This document shows positions 27,101-29,192 of a stretch of 29,192 nt of DNA, piece by piece. Every line of letters starts with the position of its first letter. Positions within the stretch are counted from its first letter, which is position 1. The translations under genes and the position numbers were made by a program. The stretch lies in NCBI GenBank assembly GCA_033763905.1, contig JANRJP010000140.1:1-29192 (forward strand), read 5' to 3'. Origin of the DNA: Gemmatimonadaceae bacterium. Lineage in GTDB: Bacteria; Gemmatimonadota; Gemmatimonadetes; Gemmatimonadales; Gemmatimonadaceae. The notes under the pieces are model-generated. The model was not told where the DNA came from. It made no database searches and worked only from the letters and a program-made list of their open reading frames with translations.

Positions 27101-27302
27101 CCACTTCGCCGCCCGAGACCAAGCTGCTCGCGGAAAGCAGTTACTGGACACCTACGCATCGCTGCGCCGCGATCGAGGTCCGCTGCACGGTCGCCTTCAG
27201 GCGATCATTCCTAAACTGATGGCAGGTGCATCCCGCGTGCGCGAGACCACTAGCACGCTGAGCGGGCAGATCGCCCCGCCTTCGTGTGCAACGGCTACCT
27301 AG
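24105..27302 (+). CDS. AfsR/SARP-like large regulator: wHTH, BTAD, P-loop NTPase, helical (TPR-like) C-terminus
   Basis: LRALG..RDWLAETLWPE..SLRQLVYRFR (wHTH); LAHDPLNEEATVAL..GSRAEAIQVLERY (BTAD); FVGREFEL, Walker A GEYGVGKS, Walker B LIAIDDVH, SGGVPRLL. Confidence 0.9.
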   Translation: MLGSDHPTDAQLSPPRVSLRALGDARIAIGDSTVYPDNERLFALALILTLSAGKVLKRDWLAETLWPEESASSARKHSLRQLVYRFRQLGGPVESSSGTICLAACHVNVDVVPPEPAALAASSPAEILRLSGRILPGFDPLWSRPLQEWVEATREMCAARIRTALVRALEIVRETTKWDAMHALSTSVLAHDPLNEEATVALAESLSMSGSRAEAIQVLERYEKEIGAESARFSRSIRGKKRRMESSVHRVCAGQDGAPFVGREFELRYMAVVAQRVRDGRGAALALWGEYGVGKSRLLREVASYAYSDGFTVQLISASQSTDVTPKVLLDEIASQLLTARGALGATPDSLEYLQASTTASRANGDGANGWRIDSALIALDDLVGAVTAEGPVLIAIDDVHRLSREARAALQEVTSLVLEHRVLLIATSLSEASLAESLPDTRVEARPLLPLGQGAARALARNLRSQYTRLYDALGDSLLDECVGLSGGVPRLLETLIAILANGGALGSLPLEVDAMIRSRIVAVGDGPRKLLQLVAVLEEYSTLERLLLLSGRSPQELVAEIEALERLGLIRHEAPTLRLAHRLLTPMVLEHLPPIARHALHKFAAGTLVSDARQLDDLNLLVSCAHHFVHGEARDEAVELLEDAARRLSEGGRQPSAIRLLSEACTRLDLYDRSRPLFKTLMNLTANGGAYAAGLRALRRLDSRNDASPLQVAARLGAGALTIIQKTSDEWPPLVRATEAILVNSSASTAERLEASVLLLALADNLGDAILASRCEEVMRSVSPCSPEDEQVRLRAEVIFHSSFGVLAKADSAAKLLLRLTDDCKDFSARATASYYASTPAMLRGDSAAAQQLVRDAYYYSQRGGLATKAMTMALRLAEISIHIGDEGATEEMLGAATASLAANEDDDNATAVLALRLRASIAFGWKTKGIKYPVPLSKILKMASVRQRVAHLAGYVELLTLSGGRQSSEAAAQLISDFLLLIERGGMDYPAAAIATHFAARDQAARGKQLLDTYASLRRDRGPLHGRLQAIIPKLMAGASRVRETTSTLSGQIAPPSCATAT

Positions 27303-28644
27303 CGACCAACTGCGAGGACTTGGCTCTGCGACGAAGGTTGAGGATGCTCGTCTCAGATCGCTCGCCTGAGGGCGGGAAGAGCTCGTTCCAGAGTATTGAG
27401 GAGAGAACGACATCGCAAATGTGCGGGTCGAACTGCTTGCCTCTACAGCGAACTAACTCCGCTCGCACTTCAGCGGGCCCCAGCTTGCTTCGGTAGGATC
27501 GATCACTCGTCAGAGCATCGATCGTATCCGCGACTGCGATGATTCTCGCCCCCAGCGGAACGAGTTCGCCGGCGAGGCCATCTGGATATCCACTGCCGTC
27601 CCAGTTTTCGTGGTGTCCTCGCACCGCAGGAACCAAGTGCCTCAGATGCGACACGGTGCTGACCAGATCTGCGCCGAGGGCAGGATGAGTCTTCATCACC
27701 TCCCACTCTTGATCCGAGAGCTTCCCCGGCTTTTGCAGGATCGGAGCGAAAACCTCATGGATCTTGCCAACATCATGCAGAAGCCCAGACAATCTCACGT
27801 TCTCGACATCTTTGTCGGATAGCTGCAGGGCCACAGCAATACGTCGCGACACGTCAGACACTCGGCGCGAATGTCCTGAAGTGTATGGATCGCGCGCTTC
27901 GATCGCCTTGATCATCAACTCAAGGAGATCTTGGTTCACCTGCTGCAAATCGTACGCCTGCTGGTACAACTGCCGCATGCCCATAAGGGGAAGCACCAGA
28001 GTAGAAACCCAAAGCGCTCCGGCGGTACCTGCGATGTACGCCACAATGAACGATGTGGGCAACGCGATCCCTAAATGCATCAACGTCAGCAACGTGTTGC
28101 CCTTCCAAACGACGAGAGGGTGCTGATCGCTCGACAAGGCGATCACCGAACTCACGACCAGCGAGTTGATCAGCAGCAGCGTCGAGAGCATCACGAGGCC
28201 CGGGAGCGCGTTGCTCCGTAGCGCCGCCTCGAAAGTCGAGCCCTCCATAAAGGCACTCGGATCACCGCCTGCCCGCAGATAGAGCAGGGCGGCCACAGAC
28301 AGCCCGAGTGCCGCCTGCACCCCGTTGAAGAAGACTCGAATTGGCTGGCTCTTGTTGATCGCGAAGACCAACGCCAACGCAACCGTCACCATCACGACGG
28401 TGGGCAAGGTAGGTGATAGCATCGTCGCGGCAGACAGCGGCACGAACGCCACTGACGCCGTCCCCCCCTTCGGCATACGGCTCGCCAACAACTGGGCGAC
28501 AAAGCTGAGGACCACCAAGGCAAGCACTGCGAGCGAGGGCGCGGCCGGCTCCGACTTCGTCGCACCAAGCGACGCAAGCGCAGCCGTAGCCAACACGGCC
28601 ACGCCCGCAACAAACCACTCTACTCGCCGCTGAGTACCTGTCAT
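27295..28644 (-). CDS. Membrane-bound HD-GYP cyclic-dinucleotide phosphodiesterase (about 6-7 N-terminal TM helices)
   Basis: IEARDPYTSGHSRRV, LLHDVGK, HHENWDGSGYPDGL and ADTIDALTSDRSYR all intact; about 225 hydrophobic N-terminal residues. Confidence 0.95.
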   Translation of the reverse strand: MTGTQRRVEWFVAGVAVLATAALASLGATKSEPAAPSLAVLALVVLSFVAQLLASRMPKGGTASVAFVPLSAATMLSPTLPTVVMVTVALALVFAINKSQPIRVFFNGVQAALGLSVAALLYLRAGGDPSAFMEGSTFEAALRSNALPGLVMLSTLLLINSLVVSSVIALSSDQHPLVVWKGNTLLTLMHLGIALPTSFIVAYIAGTAGALWVSTLVLPLMGMRQLYQQAYDLQQVNQDLLELMIKAIEARDPYTSGHSRRVSDVSRRIAVALQLSDKDVENVRLSGLLHDVGKIHEVFAPILQKPGKLSDQEWEVMKTHPALGADLVSTVSHLRHLVPAVRGHHENWDGSGYPDGLAGELVPLGARIIAVADTIDALTSDRSYRSKLGPAEVRAELVRCRGKQFDPHICDVVLSSILWNELFPPSGERSETSILNLRRRAKSSQLVAR

Positions 28645-28675
28645 TGGGATAAAGAGTCGCCCCCCCCCGCCGTGA

Positions 28676-28732
28676 TCACCAGTTCTGCCAACCCGTCAGG
28701 CTCGCCAGAATAGAAATCAGACGTTCGATCAT
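28676..28732 (-). CDS. Unannotated 18-aa peptide MIERLISILASLTGWQNW
   Basis: Read by hand: AAAGGGAGGT-gatgcgaa-ATG ATC GAA CGT CTG ATT TCT ATT CTG GCG AGC CTG ACG GGT TGG CAG AAC TGG TGA; SD 8 nt upstream; stop 31 nt before the HD-GYP ATG; below the ORF-track size cut-off. Confidence 0.75.
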   Translation of the reverse strand: MIERLISILASLTGWQNW

Positions 28733-28944
28733 TTCGCATCACCTCCCTTTCGATGAAGTCACCCCGATACTGCAGGTGCTGCAACCAGGTTGGATCCGCT
28801 CGTACTACTAGGGTCCCGCTCTACTCCGCTCGTCGATCTTACCGTCGCGGGAGCGGGGGAAGGCTCACTGTGAAAATGCGTTCGCTATAAGAATCGTCGT
28901 TCAGATTGGGTTGCTTACACGTACCGGCTGACCCTCTTCGTGCA

Positions 28945-28972
28945 AATGAGCGCCTCACCCACAGCGCTCATT
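28945..28972 (-). terminator. 9-bp inverted repeat, candidate terminator of the upstream minus-strand gene
   Basis: AATGAGCGC (28945-28953) N10 GCGCTCATT (28964-28972), about 30 nt after the stop at 29004; only a short U-run. Confidence 0.45.
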
Positions 28973-29003
28973 CCCCTGTCACTGCTCTACACCACCGCAC
29001 ACG

Positions 29004-29192
29004 TCACTTCGTGTGCGCAATCCACCGATTCGTCGCGTCCAACACCGCCAACGCGGAGCTCGTCTCGGCGCTCTCGCGCACCTCGCAGCTCCCCGTCAAC
29101 AACACCCCGTCACGGCCCACCCGCGCCGTCACGCCGACAAACACGAACTGCCGGTCAAACGCCTCCACCATCTTCACGCCGTACAAGGCCAG
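29004..29192 (-). CDS. 3' end of a conserved-looking hypothetical protein (truncated by window edge)
   Basis: Open frame to the window edge, host-like codons, ends LLTGSCEV...SALAVLDATNRWIAHTK; function not recognised. Confidence 0.7.
   Translation of the reverse strand: MALYGVKMVEAFDRQFVFVGVTARVGRDGVLLTGSCEVRESAETSSALAVLDATNRWIAHTK

Larger units (their letters stand above)
24045..28990. other. Lower-GC accessory block (regulator, HD-GYP, peptide)
   Basis: Abrupt rise in A/T-ending codons right after the moxR stop, reverting near 29.0 kb (judged by eye). No integrase or flanking repeat seen; limits approximate. Confidence 0.65.

Noticed and set aside
28750..28920. c-di-GMP riboswitch upstream of the HD-GYP unit
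   Set aside because: I could not find the class I GGCAAA/GCAAA core or class II features by eye; an Rfam/Infernal scan would be decisive.
24045..28990. Low-GC block as an autonomous mobile element
   Set aside because: No integrase, transposase, tRNA target or flanking direct/inverted repeats seen; only the composition suggests acquisition.

Overview
GC-rich diderm bacterial chromosomal window; gene content and style suggest Gemmatimonadota (inference only). The core backbone is cstA (5'-truncated), a cytochrome c lipoprotein and an M20 peptidase; a minus-strand run atpZ/I-atpI-atpB-atpE-atpF-atpH that continues without atpA/G/D/C into an M1 aminopeptidase with an Omp85-like C-terminal barrel and a sugar-phosphate nucleotidyltransferase; then a TonB C-terminal-domain protein, two BsuPI-domain proteins and moxR. 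There are two accessory regions. (1) About 3.4-12.6 kb: vapBC with a palindromic operator, a PIN-toxin remnant, a sigma54 activator without a sensor domain, and a polymorphic toxin locus. That locus is a 1892-aa signal-peptide-bearing RHS protein with cohesin- and dockerin-like N-terminal modules and a colicin E5-like tRNase tip, a translationally coupled immunity gene, and a 579-bp orphan RHS-core copy cut just before its toxin. (2) About 24.05-28.99 kb, a visibly lower-GC block: a wHTH-BTAD-NTPase (AfsR/SARP-like) regulator converges on a multi-TM HD-GYP phosphodiesterase, which is immediately preceded by an unannotated 18-aa peptide gene (MIERLISILASLTGWQNW) with a near-perfect Shine-Dalgarno. 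This is a candidate peptide-signal/c-di-GMP module and my best candidate for an undescribed system. No rRNA, tRNA, CRISPR array, transposase or integrase was seen. All family calls are from motif recognition by eye; no searches were run.
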